From positions 1 through 59,637 of the forward strand of contig JANNWY010000037.1 in the NCBI GenBank assembly GCA_031409335.1: a DNA stretch of 59,637 bases, given 5' to 3'. The translations under genes and the position numbers were made by a program. The notes below the pieces were generated by a model. It did no database searches and was not told the DNA's origin. It saw only the letters and a program-made list of their open reading frames with translations. Positions 11,601 through 23,600 of this stretch are shown in pieces. Within the stretch, counting starts at the first letter, position 1. Every line of letters begins with the position of its first letter. Source of the DNA: Chthoniobacteraceae bacterium. GTDB taxonomy: Bacteria > Verrucomicrobiota > Verrucomicrobiia > Chthoniobacterales > Chthoniobacteraceae.

Positions 11601-14169
11601 CACGATCGCGGCCAACGGTGTGACGAAGTTTGGCAGTGGCACTCTGGCCATCAACGTCCCTCAGCCAAACTACGCCTCGGGCTGGACGGTGAACAGCGGT
11701 GCGTTGCAAATCAACGATCTCGGTGGGCTCGGACAATCGGTGCCCGGCAATGGCGTGACCCTCAACGGCGCGCTCTCGACCGGCGGGCAGGCCAGCCAGG
11801 CATTTGTCCAGACGACGCTGAATTTCAGCCGCGACAACGGTTCGCCGGAGACGATGGTTTTCACCGGTGGCCCGATCACGGTCGTCAATGAAGCGACCAT
11901 CCGCATGGGCAGCGTGAGCAATGATCGCAACATCCAGATTCCCGCGATCACCCTCAACAGCACGGACGCCGACAGCCGTGTGTCATTGACGCTGGATGTG
12001 CCGTTCAGCCGAGTGCGCCACGGCACCACGAATCTCACGCTGAACAGTGACGCGATCATCCGCGTGACCGATGCCGGCAGCACTGCGGACACCGGGCGCG
12101 TGGTGGCGGCGTACACAAACGCGCTGATCGGCGCGGGTAGAAACCTGACCAAGATTGGCAACCGCACGCTGGAACTTCCGAACGATAACTCGGCCACCTT
12201 TACCGGCGGCTCGATCACCGTCAGCCAGGGCACGCTCCGGGTGCGGAACAACGGCTCGCTGGGCGACGCGACTTCGACGACGACCATCGAACGCAACGCG
12301 ACGCTGGAACTCGACGCGCTGGCCTTCACGCCGATCGCCACGGTGACCCAGCTTGCCGGTTCCATCGAGCGGTGGAATCAAGACGGTGTCCGCGGGGCGG
12401 CCTACAATCTGCCGTCCGGCGTGAATCTCCAACTCAACACCAATCTGCTCGCCCCGCGCACGATCGGCCTCAATGGCGGCACCATCGAAGCATTCCTCTG
12501 GACCGACCATCCGGCCACCGGCGTCGAGCGGACCATCGGCTCCGCTGTAAGTGTGAACCTGTTGAGCAATTCCTCCGTCGGCCAAAACATCCTGCAAGGG
12601 CAGGGCTACGACGCGGGCCGTCTGCCGGCGATCGGCCAGCCGTTTGGAGACTCCGTCAACTCCGCCTACCTGCGCATCGACGGCCCGATCACCGGAGCCT
12701 TCGACCTGACCAAGACCGGCAACGACACGGTGACGCTCGCCAGCGCGGGCAACACCTACAACAACACCACCATCGAACTCGGTGTGCTGCGCATCGGCGC
12801 GACCAATGCCCTGCCAGTCGCCGGCGTGCTCATGACGCGGACCGGCGGCACCTTCGACCTCTATGGCTTCGACCAAAGCGTGCTCGGTCTCGGCACGCTG
12901 GACAGTGGCCCGAATCCGGGCGGTGTGGGCGTCGGCAGCGCCGGGCGTGTGATCAATTCCGGCGTGACAGATAACACGCTGACCGTCACCGGTGCGGCGA
13001 ACTACACCTACACCGGAAGCATCGGCCTCAATGCCGCTCTTACTAAAACAGGTGCAGGCACACTCACCCTCGCGGGAAACAACACCCATCGCGGATTGAC
13101 CACCGTGACTGCCGGCAAGCTCGTGCTGAACGCGACGGGATTCAATGCCCTCGAAGGCGATCAGGTGAAAGACAAAGTCGCCGACATTCTCGTCAACGGC
13201 GGCCTCCTGCGCTGGGATGGAAGCAATCAGATCGGCGACTCGGTGGCGATCAACGTCACTGCGGGCCATGCCTTCGTGAACAGCAACACCGAGACCTTCT
13301 ACGACCTCACCGTTTCCGGCACCGGAATGTTCACGACCGGCGTCGGCGGCATCACGACGATCCCCGACCCGACGCTCAGCGGCGGCACGACCACGTTGAA
13401 CGCAGACTCCGTGAACACCTGGGGCGTGCTGAATATCAGCGGCGGCGTCAACACCGTCCAGGGCCAGAATGGTCCCGCAGCGGGGACCGTGGCCGGTGCG
13501 ATCCTCAGAGTCGGCGCGATCGGCGGAACGAACTTCTCCGGCACCGCAAGTCCGAACCTCACGATCAACGCGGACGCGGCCAGCGGCGGCATGGTAGTCC
13601 TCGAAGGCAATGTCACCAGCACCGTCACCGCCGGGCAAGCGAGCATCACCTCTAGCGGAGTGGGAGCCGACAAGGGAACGCTCGACCTGAACGCCGCCAC
13701 CCGCACCGTTAGCGTCGCCGACGGTGCCGACACCGTGGACCTGCTCATCTCGGCGGACATCCTCGGCGGAGTCGGAGCCGCGCTCACCAAGACGGGTGCC
13801 GGAAGACTGGCCCTCGACGGTGCGCAAAACTACCTGCTGCTCACCACGAACGCCGGCAAAACCGACGTGAACGGTGCCTTCACCGGCGGCACCGCAACGG
13901 TCGATGCCAACGCCACGACCAACTTCACCGTGAGCCAGACACTCGCCGCGCTAAACATCGCGAATGGTGTCGTCGTCACGCTCGGCAATCCACCGCCTGC
14001 GGCTCCCGCCGGAGCATTTTTCGGTGGTGATGATGCGGGTGAACTCACGTTTGGCGGCGACCTCGGCGGCGGTGCGCCGATCCAAGGCGTGCCCGAGCCC
14101 GGCACCGCGATGCTGCTGCTCGGCGGCCTCGCCACGATGCTCGGTTTCAGCCGTCGCCGCCCGCAATAG
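5663..14169 (+). CDS. Giant autotransporter-associated beta-strand repeat protein with PEP-CTERM sorting signal (~2835 aa; frameshifted at G6 6455-6460)
   Basis: Signal peptide from ATG 5663, many LTKxGxGTLxLxxxNT repeats, C-terminal VPEPGTAMLLLGGLATMLGFSRRRPQ. ORFs 5531..6586 and 6523..14169 join cleanly if G6 is G7 (VSAGG-DISASYNAGGQIITSAGGRFDVRLTG). Confidence 0.88.
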
Positions 14170-14187
14170 CCCGCGCGCTGGATCACG

Positions 14188-14282
14188 CCGAAGGCTCTTG
14201 GACTGCTGTGATTCCTTCACAGCTCTCTGACTGTGGGCACGCGAAAGCTGCGGAGGGACCGCAGCAGTCCAAAAGCCTTCGG
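14188..14282. repeat. REPIN-like inverted pair of REP-like hairpins
   Basis: Arms 14188-14208 and 14262-14282 are reverse complements (20/21). Each half has its own hairpin (GCTGTGA-ttcct-TCACAGC; GCTGCGG-aggga-CCGCAGC). Confidence 0.8.
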
Positions 14283-14342
14283 GGCCGCCCGCTCCGCGGG
14301 GTGTGATTGTTTGCGGTGCAGGAACGACAGTTGAGGGCCGGT

Positions 14343-14420
14343 CTTTGGAAAGTTGGAAGTTGAACGTTGAACGCCGCAGGCACCAGCGCTGCGCGGGCCT
14401 CAACGTCCAACTTTCAAAGG
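14343..14420. repeat. Heptamer-based imperfect inverted repeat
   Basis: AAGTTGG-AAGTTGA-ACGTTGA-ACG followed by the inverted TCAACGTCCAACTTTCAAAGG. Confidence 0.65.
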
Positions 14421-14495
14421 CGACCGCCTCGCCAGCTTGCACCACTTTTCAGCACACCCCATTGTGCCCATTGTGCAGGTTCGCTAAGATAGGGA

Positions 14496-14524
14496 TTGAC
14501 GAACAAGAGCGGCTATTGTATGCC
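14496..14524 (+). promoter_or_regulatory. Candidate promoter (TTGACG) for giant gene 2
   Basis: TTGACG at 14496, positionally equivalent to the element upstream of gene 1. The -10 is ambiguous (TATTGT or TATGCC). Confidence 0.35.
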
Positions 14525-14541
14525 CCAATAGAGTTTTGCTT

Positions 14542-14553
14542 CCCCCCCCCCCC
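14542..14553 (+). repeat. C12 homopolymer in the leader of giant gene 2
   Basis: Twelve consecutive C between the candidate promoter and ATG 14675. Confidence 0.9.
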
Positions 14554-14674
14554 GTGATTCCTTCCAACTGCCGCCGCCACCCCTCGGTTACCCCTCGCGA
14601 GGCCACCTGTCCCTGCGGCAATCTCGATTTCCAGATCCCATCTGCCTCTTAAAACCTCCAAACCACCCAATTCT

Positions 14675-17600
14675 ATGCGCCCACCATCCCACCTCCGCTC
14701 CTCCAAACTCCGTCCGCTCAGCTTCTCGCTCGCCCGCCTTTCGAGCGCCGCCGCCGTCGCCGCCGCGCTCCTCGCCGCCGGCCAGTCGGCAAATGCTCAG
14801 ACGATTTGGTATGGTGCTGCGCCGGATGGCCTGGGCGGTGACTTGCCGGGTGACGGATTTCTGTGGACGAATCCCCTTAACTGGTTCGGCGACATCGTGC
14901 CGCCGCCCACTGACGCGCTGGTCTTCGCCGATCCAGCAGCGGCAGTCGGCACGATCCTGCTCTGTGGCAATCAGACCGCGGACTCGATCCGCTTCACGGT
15001 GAATGACACTCTCGGTGCCTACGGTGAACGCAATCTTCTGACGGTCACATCGGGAAATGTCGTCGTCGATCCGGGGGTCAGGGCGGTCATCAATGCGGAT
15101 TTCGCGGGCGTGAACGCGCTGAACCTTTCCGGCGGGGGCAGCCTGTTGCTGAATAACTTCGTCAATTCCTTCACCGGCCCGATCAATATCGACGGAGCGG
15201 GCACACGGCTGACCTTCCGCGGCCAGGGCGTGCTGCCTTACATCAACAACAATGGCCATGTGATCGCCGGGCGCTCGGATGCGTATTCGCTCGGCTTCAC
15301 GAATAAGGTCATCACCCTGAGCAATGGCGGCGAGTTGCGGCTCGTCGGCACGGGCTACAATCCCGACGGCGCCATCAAGAACATGGTGCTCGGCGGTGGT
15401 GACGGCGCGCTCAACGTCGCGGCGGGCTGGCAGCAGTTCATCATCGACGATGGCGCGCAGATCTCCGGCGCGGGTTCGCTAGTCAAAAATGGAAATGGGC
15501 GGCTTACCATCACCTCGCAAGACTACGCGCTGGCGGGCAACCTCGTCGTCAATAGCGGAGTGATGGAGTTTGCACGCCTGCTCGCGGCCGGTGCTGCGGG
15601 GACGCGCTTCTCGGCTTTCTCAACCGCAAGCACGATCACCGTGAATGGCGGATTTCTGATGCCGAACAATGGGACGGTCGGCGTCATCGACCAAAATCTC
15701 ACGCTGAACGCGGGCGCGATCACCGTGCAGGGTCAGGATCACGAATATGGTGTGCGCACCGGCACGGCGACGACGCTGGCGCTCAATGGTGGCTCGATCC
15801 TTTCGCGCGACGCCTACAACCCCTTGCAGCCTCGCAGCCCGCGCATCAACTCGGTCCTCTCCGGTCCCGCCACCAGCACGATCAATCTCTACGGTGCCAC
15901 GAACGCGGCGGGCATCGGCGGTCAGGGCCATGTGGTCTTTCAGCGCAGCGATGTGGACCAAACCCTCTTCACCGGCACCTTTGTCCTGCGCGATTACGCC
16001 ACGATCGAAAACCGTGCCAATCAGGGCGCGACGCTCAATGTCGGAAAAACGATCAGCAATGCGACGCTGGAGATGGCGGGCATCAATACGCTGCTCGACA
16101 TGCGGGATAACGGCACTGGCAATAACCTAACGTTGTCGCAGTACACGTCGAACAACATCAACGTCACCGGCACGCAGGCCGGTGCCCTTTACCGGATCGG
16201 CGTCATTCGCAGCACGGCGAACACAGGAAACACCTTCCACTTCGGCACGCTCGGCATCGGCGATCAGCGCCTTCAGGTGACCGGAGCCGACAGTTATGCC
16301 CTGCGGTTGAGCGGCCTCACCTTGACTGGCAGCCCGACCTTCGACCTGATCTCGGCAAACACGCAGATCGACGGGACGGTGAATGAAAGCGGCGCGGGCG
16401 GGCAGGCAATCACCAAGCACCTTGGCAATAGCGACCTGCGCTTCACCGGAGCGGTCAACGTTTCGAGTGTGGATGTCCGCCACGGGAATGTCATCCTGAG
16501 CGGGGCGGCGGGCGCGATCAATCCGGGAAGCATCAGCTTAATGGGCGCGATCACCGTCAATGGCACGGCCCTGGTATCGACCTTCCCGGGTGGTGCGGGC
16601 ACGGGACAGTTGAACGGTGGTGTGCTTATCCTCGACAACACGACCGCGACCAATGCGAACCGGCTCAGCGATGCGGTCCCGATCACGATGTTGGGAAGCT
16701 CAACATTGCGGCTGACTTCGCAGAGCGCCACGAACGTAAGCGAGCTCACGGGCGATGTGTCGGTGCCCTTCGGCAATCCGACTTTCGACGTGGTGCGAAC
16801 GGGTGCCGCGGAATTGCCGGTGCTCACGCTCGGCACCGCTGCGTTAGCGCGTGGCGCGAATACGGTCCTCAACTTTACCGGAACCAGTTTGGGCACCGGA
16901 GCGACGGCTTCGCAGATCATTTTGCCGGCACCGCTGAATGTGGTCACACCTTTCCTAGGTGGGTGGGCTACCTCCGGCAATGAATTTGCCAAATACGACG
17001 CCTTCGGGGTGACGCCTCTAGTTGCCGCTAATTACGCCCCGGTGGCCGTCGCGGGAGATCTCGTCTCCGGCGCCAATGGCAAGGTGACGACGGCACCGCT
17101 CGCCGTCGCTCCCATTACCCTGGGCGCAGATGCGGCGATCAACTCGCTCAACTTCCAAACCACCGTCGCGGCCTCGGCCACGCTCACCAACGTCGATACC
17201 GCCGGATTCACCCTCACCGTCGAGAGCGGCGGCATTTTGGGAAGCGGATCGAGCACGCTCATCACCGGCACCGCCGCGGGCGGACTCACCGCGGGCACCA
17301 CTGCCGCCCCGGCGCAATTGTTCGTCACGACGAATGGAACCACCTACAACATGTGGGTCAATTCGCAGATCACCGACAACCTGGCTGGCGGAGCGGTGAC
17401 GCTCGTCAAGAGCGGCACCGGCATCCTGAGCCTGCCCAATCGGGGCACGCCAGCTTCGGTCGGAGCGCCCGGATATACCAACACCTTCACTGGCGGTGTC
17501 GTCGTCAATAACGGCATCCTGACAACCACTCGCGGCACCTATCTCGGCGCATCGACAAACCCGATCACCCTCGCGGGCGGGCAACTCGAAGTGAACATGC

Positions 17601-20600
17601 CGAGCCTCACCGTCCATGGCGTCCTGCCGGGATTCGGTCACAACATCACAGTCACCGCCAACTCCTTCCTCGCAGCGGACGACAACGGCGTGAACGGTGC
17701 CGGTGGACAGGAAGCGACCGACGCCATCGCTGCGGACAACAACCTGATTCCGTGGGGCTCACTGACCATCAACGGTGGGCACACCCTCAGCATCACTGCC
17801 TTTGGGCAGTACGATCAGAGCTTCACCAGTTCAAGTTTTACGGGCGTTCCGACCATCAATACGGCGACCGGGCGCGACTCCTTGTCGCATGTCGTGATGG
17901 GCGGTGCGATGACCGGCTCGGGCTTCAATCTGATCGTCAGTGGCACCAATGCCGGCTCGCTGATCCTCGGTGCCGGTGCGGGTGACATCACCCCGAACCT
18001 CGGGCTTAGTTCGCCGATCACAGTCTTTGGCACCGCCCTGCGGCTGAACAAGGCCAATGGGAACAACGCCGTCGGCGACCTCGGCGCGGGAGAAGACATC
18101 ATCGTCAACGGCGGCACGCTCGCCTGGGGGCCTGGACACGTCGGCAATATCGGCGCCAACAACAGCAACCAGCAGGGCCTTGCGAATCTCAGTCCCGCCG
18201 CGGCCAGGATGGCCGGCCAGGATCAGATCGCCGACACGGCGACCATCACCCTGCTCAGCGGCACGATCGGCGAAACGGATCGTATCCAGAACGACGTGAT
18301 CGGCACGCTCAACATGCGCAGCGGCACGCTCAACAGCGGCAACTCCGGCGAGGGTAAGCTCGAATTCACCACCGGCAACATCTCGGGCGGAACCATCAAC
18401 TTCAACTTCGCCACCCATCTCAAATTCGGCACGTTGAACCTGCTCCCCGGCGCACCCGCACTCGGTGTCGCCAATGGCTTCATCGCTCGCAAGTCAACCC
18501 TCGAAATCGGTGCCGGCGGCCTCAATTTCAACGGCTCCCGCATCGAACTCCAGTCCGGCGGTCTCAGCAATTTCGCCGGCGGCGGCGCGGTCTTGCGCCT
18601 CGGCGGCAACGTCACCGCCAGCCCTGATCCGCTCAACGGCACCTCGCTCGCCGGACAGGGCATCTTCGCCACGGTCGCCGCGAACATGCGCGAGTTTAGC
18701 AACACCTACATCGACCTCGCGGGCGGCGTGCGCGATTTCAACATCGCCGATGGCATCGTCTTCGGCGTCAGTGCGCTGATGACCAACGGCGGCTTCAGCA
18801 AGAGCGGCACGGGCATCATGGACGTACAGCAATACGCGCCCAAAGTTTTCGACACTGGCTTGTTCGACGGCCCCGTTGCGGTCAATGGCGGCATCCTCAT
18901 CATCCGCAACAACCAATCGCTCGGCACCGCGCTGGGCGGCGTCGCGGTCAATGCGGGTGGTACGCTGAAGGTCGATGGTTCCATCGTTTCCGGCGACAAC
19001 TTCACCATCACGGGCGCGGGTGCCAATGTCACGGGCACTACGGACGTGCAGGAATTGGGCGCGCTGGTGGTCGATCAGGGGCAGTTGACGATCAACGGCA
19101 CGGTCGCCCTCGGCGGCAACGCCACCATCACCTCGAGCGTCGTCGCCACCACCGGTATCGCCGCGGCACCCATTGAGCGCGCGCTGCTCGTCCTCGCCAA
19201 TCCCGCTGGCATCTCCAGCACCGTCCCCGCCACGCTCACGCTCTCGGGGAATGGCGACGGCCTCATCGTCGGCGGCATCAACACGGTGGCGGGCGGCTTG
19301 AACAAGAGCGGCTCGGGCCGCTGGGAGATCGGCGGATTCGGCACCTACACCGGCCCCACGGTCGTCACGGTCGGCGCCCTGCGCATTGGCAACAGCACCG
19401 CGCTCGGCGCGACTGGCGTCGGCGCGGGCACGGAGGTTTACCACGGCGCTTCGCTGGAATTGATCGGTGGAATCTCAGTGGCCGAACCCCTGCTCATCGG
19501 CGGCGACGGCGCCGGCGGAGTGCAGAGCGGCGCGTTGGTAAACGTGGGCGGAAACAACACCTACAGCGGTCCGATCACCCTGCTCGGCACGACCATCCGA
19601 TCGAGTGCGGGGAACCTCAATATTACCGGGCCGATCACTGGCGGCGCGACTTCCATGACGCTCGATGGTCCGGGTAACGGATCGCTCGGCGGTATCGTCA
19701 CCATTGGCCCGGCACCCGCCGGGGATGTCCTGACCAAGAACGGAACCGGCACTTGGACGCTCTCCGCCAACAACGCGTTGAATGGAAGCACTGCTGTCAA
19801 TGGCGGCACCTTGGTCCTCGCCTCGCCAGGGAATGCTCTCAGCGCAGCGCATCCGCTCAACTTGGGCGGGGGAAGCGTCACTGTCAGCGGCGGTGTACAG
19901 GCAGTCGATGGCCTCAACCTTCTCGCGGGCGGCGGCACGGTGAATGGAGGCGTGAACCTTGCAGTTGGCGCGATTGTCCGGAGCGCCGGTGCGAGTGCCA
20001 ACTTCGCCGGAACTGTCACGACGAGCAACGTGAACACCAATGGCATCCTTGGTGGATATGCCACGTATGGCAGTGACTGGGCGAGCGTGACTGCCGGAAC
20101 GATCGGAGCATTGCCCGCCGCCAGCTATCTCGACATCGCGCTCGGGACACCCGTTGGCACGGCCACAGACAATGCCGCCACCGCGCTGATGCTTCCCTCG
20201 GGAATTCCCGGAGCCCCCGTGGCACTTAACTCCCTGAAGATCGGCGGCGGCAGCGGCGTGAACGTCGGTAGCGGCGCTCTTCCCCTGACCTCTGGCGGCA
20301 TCATCTATTCGAGCAATCTCAAGGGCGGCATCGCAGGAGCCGGCATCCTTTCCGGCGCGACCGGCGCGGACGATCTGATCGTTCACGTCACCGGCGCGGC
20401 GCTCGATATCACCTCCCCGATCATTGGCGGCCTTGGCGGGTTGGTGAAAGCCGGTCCCGGCAAGCTCACGCTCAGCGCCGACAACAACGCGGCAGGTTGG
20501 GGCGGCTCGATCGCCATCAACGGTGGAACGCTCTCGATCGTCGGTGCAGGCGGCTCTTCCTCGAACGCACTGGGAACCGGTGCCTTGCGCACGATGACGC

Positions 20601-23600
20601 TCAACGGCGGCACGCTGGAGGTGGTCGGCGGCGATTACGATCCAAGCCCCCTCGCTTCGATGCAATTCGCCATCGGCTCCGCGGGCGGCATTCTCCGATC
20701 CGCCTGCGGCGCGAATATCAGCGTGAACGACGGCCCCGGCCAGCTCACTGGCTCCGGCGACCTCACGCTCACGGGTGGCGGTCGTTTCATTTTTAGCGGC
20801 GGCACCCCGTCGTTCCCGAATTACACGGGTGCGGTGACGCTCGATCAGGGCGTCCTGACGGTTGCCAGTCTGACTTCGCTCGGTGGCCGCGCCAACCAGA
20901 CCCTGACGCTCGCTCCGGGCACCGCCTTCATCAATGCCGCTCCCGGTGTCGGCAACGCCCTCGGCCTTCCCAACAACATCGTCGCCAACAGCGCGAGCAT
21001 CTTTGCCCTGGGTGGAACTCGGACGTTCCTGGGCGATGTCCAATTCTCAGGAACCAACGTCATCGGGTTGAACGAACGCGATACCGTAAGTACGGCGCAA
21101 AGTATGGTTCTCAACGGTCGCGTCACCGGCAGCGGCACGATCAACGTCTTCGGCACCAATCAGGGCACGACGCTCGGTGCCCAGGCCAACGGCAGCTTTG
21201 TCTTCCTCGGCAATAGTTCGAACACCTTCACCGGCACCTACAACCTCAAGACCAACGCGGGGCTCGAGGCGCGTCAGCCGGGCAGCCTCGGTTCGGTGCC
21301 GGGCGGCGTGACGGTGACCATGGACACCAACTCCCGCCTCCTGCTCCGCGGCCCTGCCTCGGGCGATTTCGCGGCGGACGTCATCGTGAATGGCGACGCC
21401 ACCATCAACGCGGATCGCATGGCGGTTGGCGCGTCATTCGGTTCCGGCGACCGCACGCAGTTCGCGATCAACAACCTGACCGTCAACAACGGCAAATTCC
21501 TCGGCACGATCACCGGCGGCAACAATTACGCCATCCGCGTGAACGGCGCGGCGACCTTCACCGGCAACGCGAATCTCTTCACGGAGAGCAACAACCTCGC
21601 GCTAGTCAACGGAGCCAACTTTACCGGTGGCAGCCAGGCGCTGAACAAATACGGCAGCTTCGGCCTCTTCCTCTTCGACGCGAGCAACCACACCGGCACC
21701 ACCGTCATCAACAACGGCGCGATCTCTCTGCGCGGCACCGCGGGCGCGCTCTCCAGCACCGGGCGCATCGAGCTGCGCGGCCCGGGCGCGACGCTCTTCG
21801 TCGATAACGGCGATGGCTTGAACGCGAATCGCATCAACAACGCTGCGGACCTCGTGCTCGGCGGCGGCGCCTTGCGCGTGTATGGCATCGAAACCACCCT
21901 GGCCAACAACGTGACCGCGCCGGGTGGCCACACAACCGTATCTTACAACAACGCCTCGCTCACCGTGACGACCCCGCTCGCGCTCGGCACGAGCTTCGCG
22001 CGCAGCGTTGGCGCGACCCTCAACTTCACCTCCGACAACGGCACGCTCGGCCTCGCGAATGCGGCTCAGTTCCGCGCCCAGCCGGCTATCACCATCCCGG
22101 GCCAGGCCGATGTGCTCGCGGGCGACATCATCCCGTGGGCGGTGGGCACGAACAACGAATTCATCCGCTACGAGGCGGCATTGGGAGGCGTCGTGCAGAT
22201 CAACAACAACCAGTCCGGCAACAACACCGGATCGGCGACCTACATCAACGATCCGACGCCTGCGCAATTGCTCATTGGGAACATCATCCGCCCGACTGGA
22301 ACCAACGTGACCACCACCTTGGCTGCCAGCAGCACCGTCAAGGCGATCAAGATGGACGGTGGTGACCCCGCGCTCAACGCGACCTCCCGTCGAATCGATC
22401 TCGCCACGTTTACCCTCACCGTGGATAGAGGACTGGTTAATCAGATTGCCCAGACCCAAAACATCGGCAATACCAGTCTCGTTACGCCAGGCACACTCAC
22501 CACCGGCAATGCAACGGGAGAACTTTTCCTCCTCTCGCAAGGTGGCGCGCTCGAAATCGGACCCGGCTCCTACACTGCCGCCGACTCGACCACCACTAGC
22601 GGCACGGCCACGCCGCTCAACGGCTCTGTGGTCATCGCCAACAATGGCGTAACGCCGCTCAACCTGGTCAAATCCGGGGTCGGCTTGGTGGACCTGCGCA
22701 ACACAGCAAATGCCAACACCTTCACAGGTGGAGTTTATGTGAATCAGGGCGTCCTCCGAACACTCCGCGGAGCGAATCTTGGCCCGCTCCTGAATGGTGT
22801 GGGTGCTACTCGCACCATCACGCTGAATGGCGGCACGCTGGAGATCCACACCGACGAATCCGCCGCGACTGCGAACGACAATATTGCGGGCCTCGGCCAC
22901 AATGTGGTGTTCAATGGAAATGCTCTGCTCGGCGCGGACAATGGCTTGTCCAACGCCGCCGCCAATGTCGATGACAACCTCATCATGGGATCACTGACCA
23001 TCAACGGCCCATACGTCGCGCAGATCGGCGGCTTCGATGGCTTCGACTTCAGCTTCACCGATGCGGCCTTCACCGGCACTCCCATCATCGACATCGGCCT
23101 CGGGCGCGCCAGCGCGACCGCCGACCTCAGCACCACCACGATCGCTGGTGTCGTCTCGGGTTCCGGTTTCCGTGTCGTCGCAGGAAACATTGCCGCGAAC
23201 ACCATCGGCTCGCTAGAACTGGCGGGGGCCGCTGCCAACAGCTACAGCGGCGAAGTCACGGTCTATGACGGCACGGTGCGGCTCAACAAATCGGTCTTCG
23301 ACGGAGCGATCACGGGCGACCTCACCGTCAATGGCGGAACGGTGTTCTGGGTGGCCTCCGATCAGATGAACAACGCTGGAGACCTGACCCTCAATCGCGG
23401 CACGGTGAACCTCAACGGCAGGACGGAAACCATTGATAACCTGAACATGAATGGCGGCTTGGTGACCACCGGTGCCGGCAACCTGACCATCCTCGGCGAC
23501 GCGACCCTGCGCGGTGCCAGCAACGCCGACGGCCTGCAGATCAACTCCACGGCCACCGTGACGGTCGGCGGAATGCTCCGCATCCTCGACTTCGGCAAAG

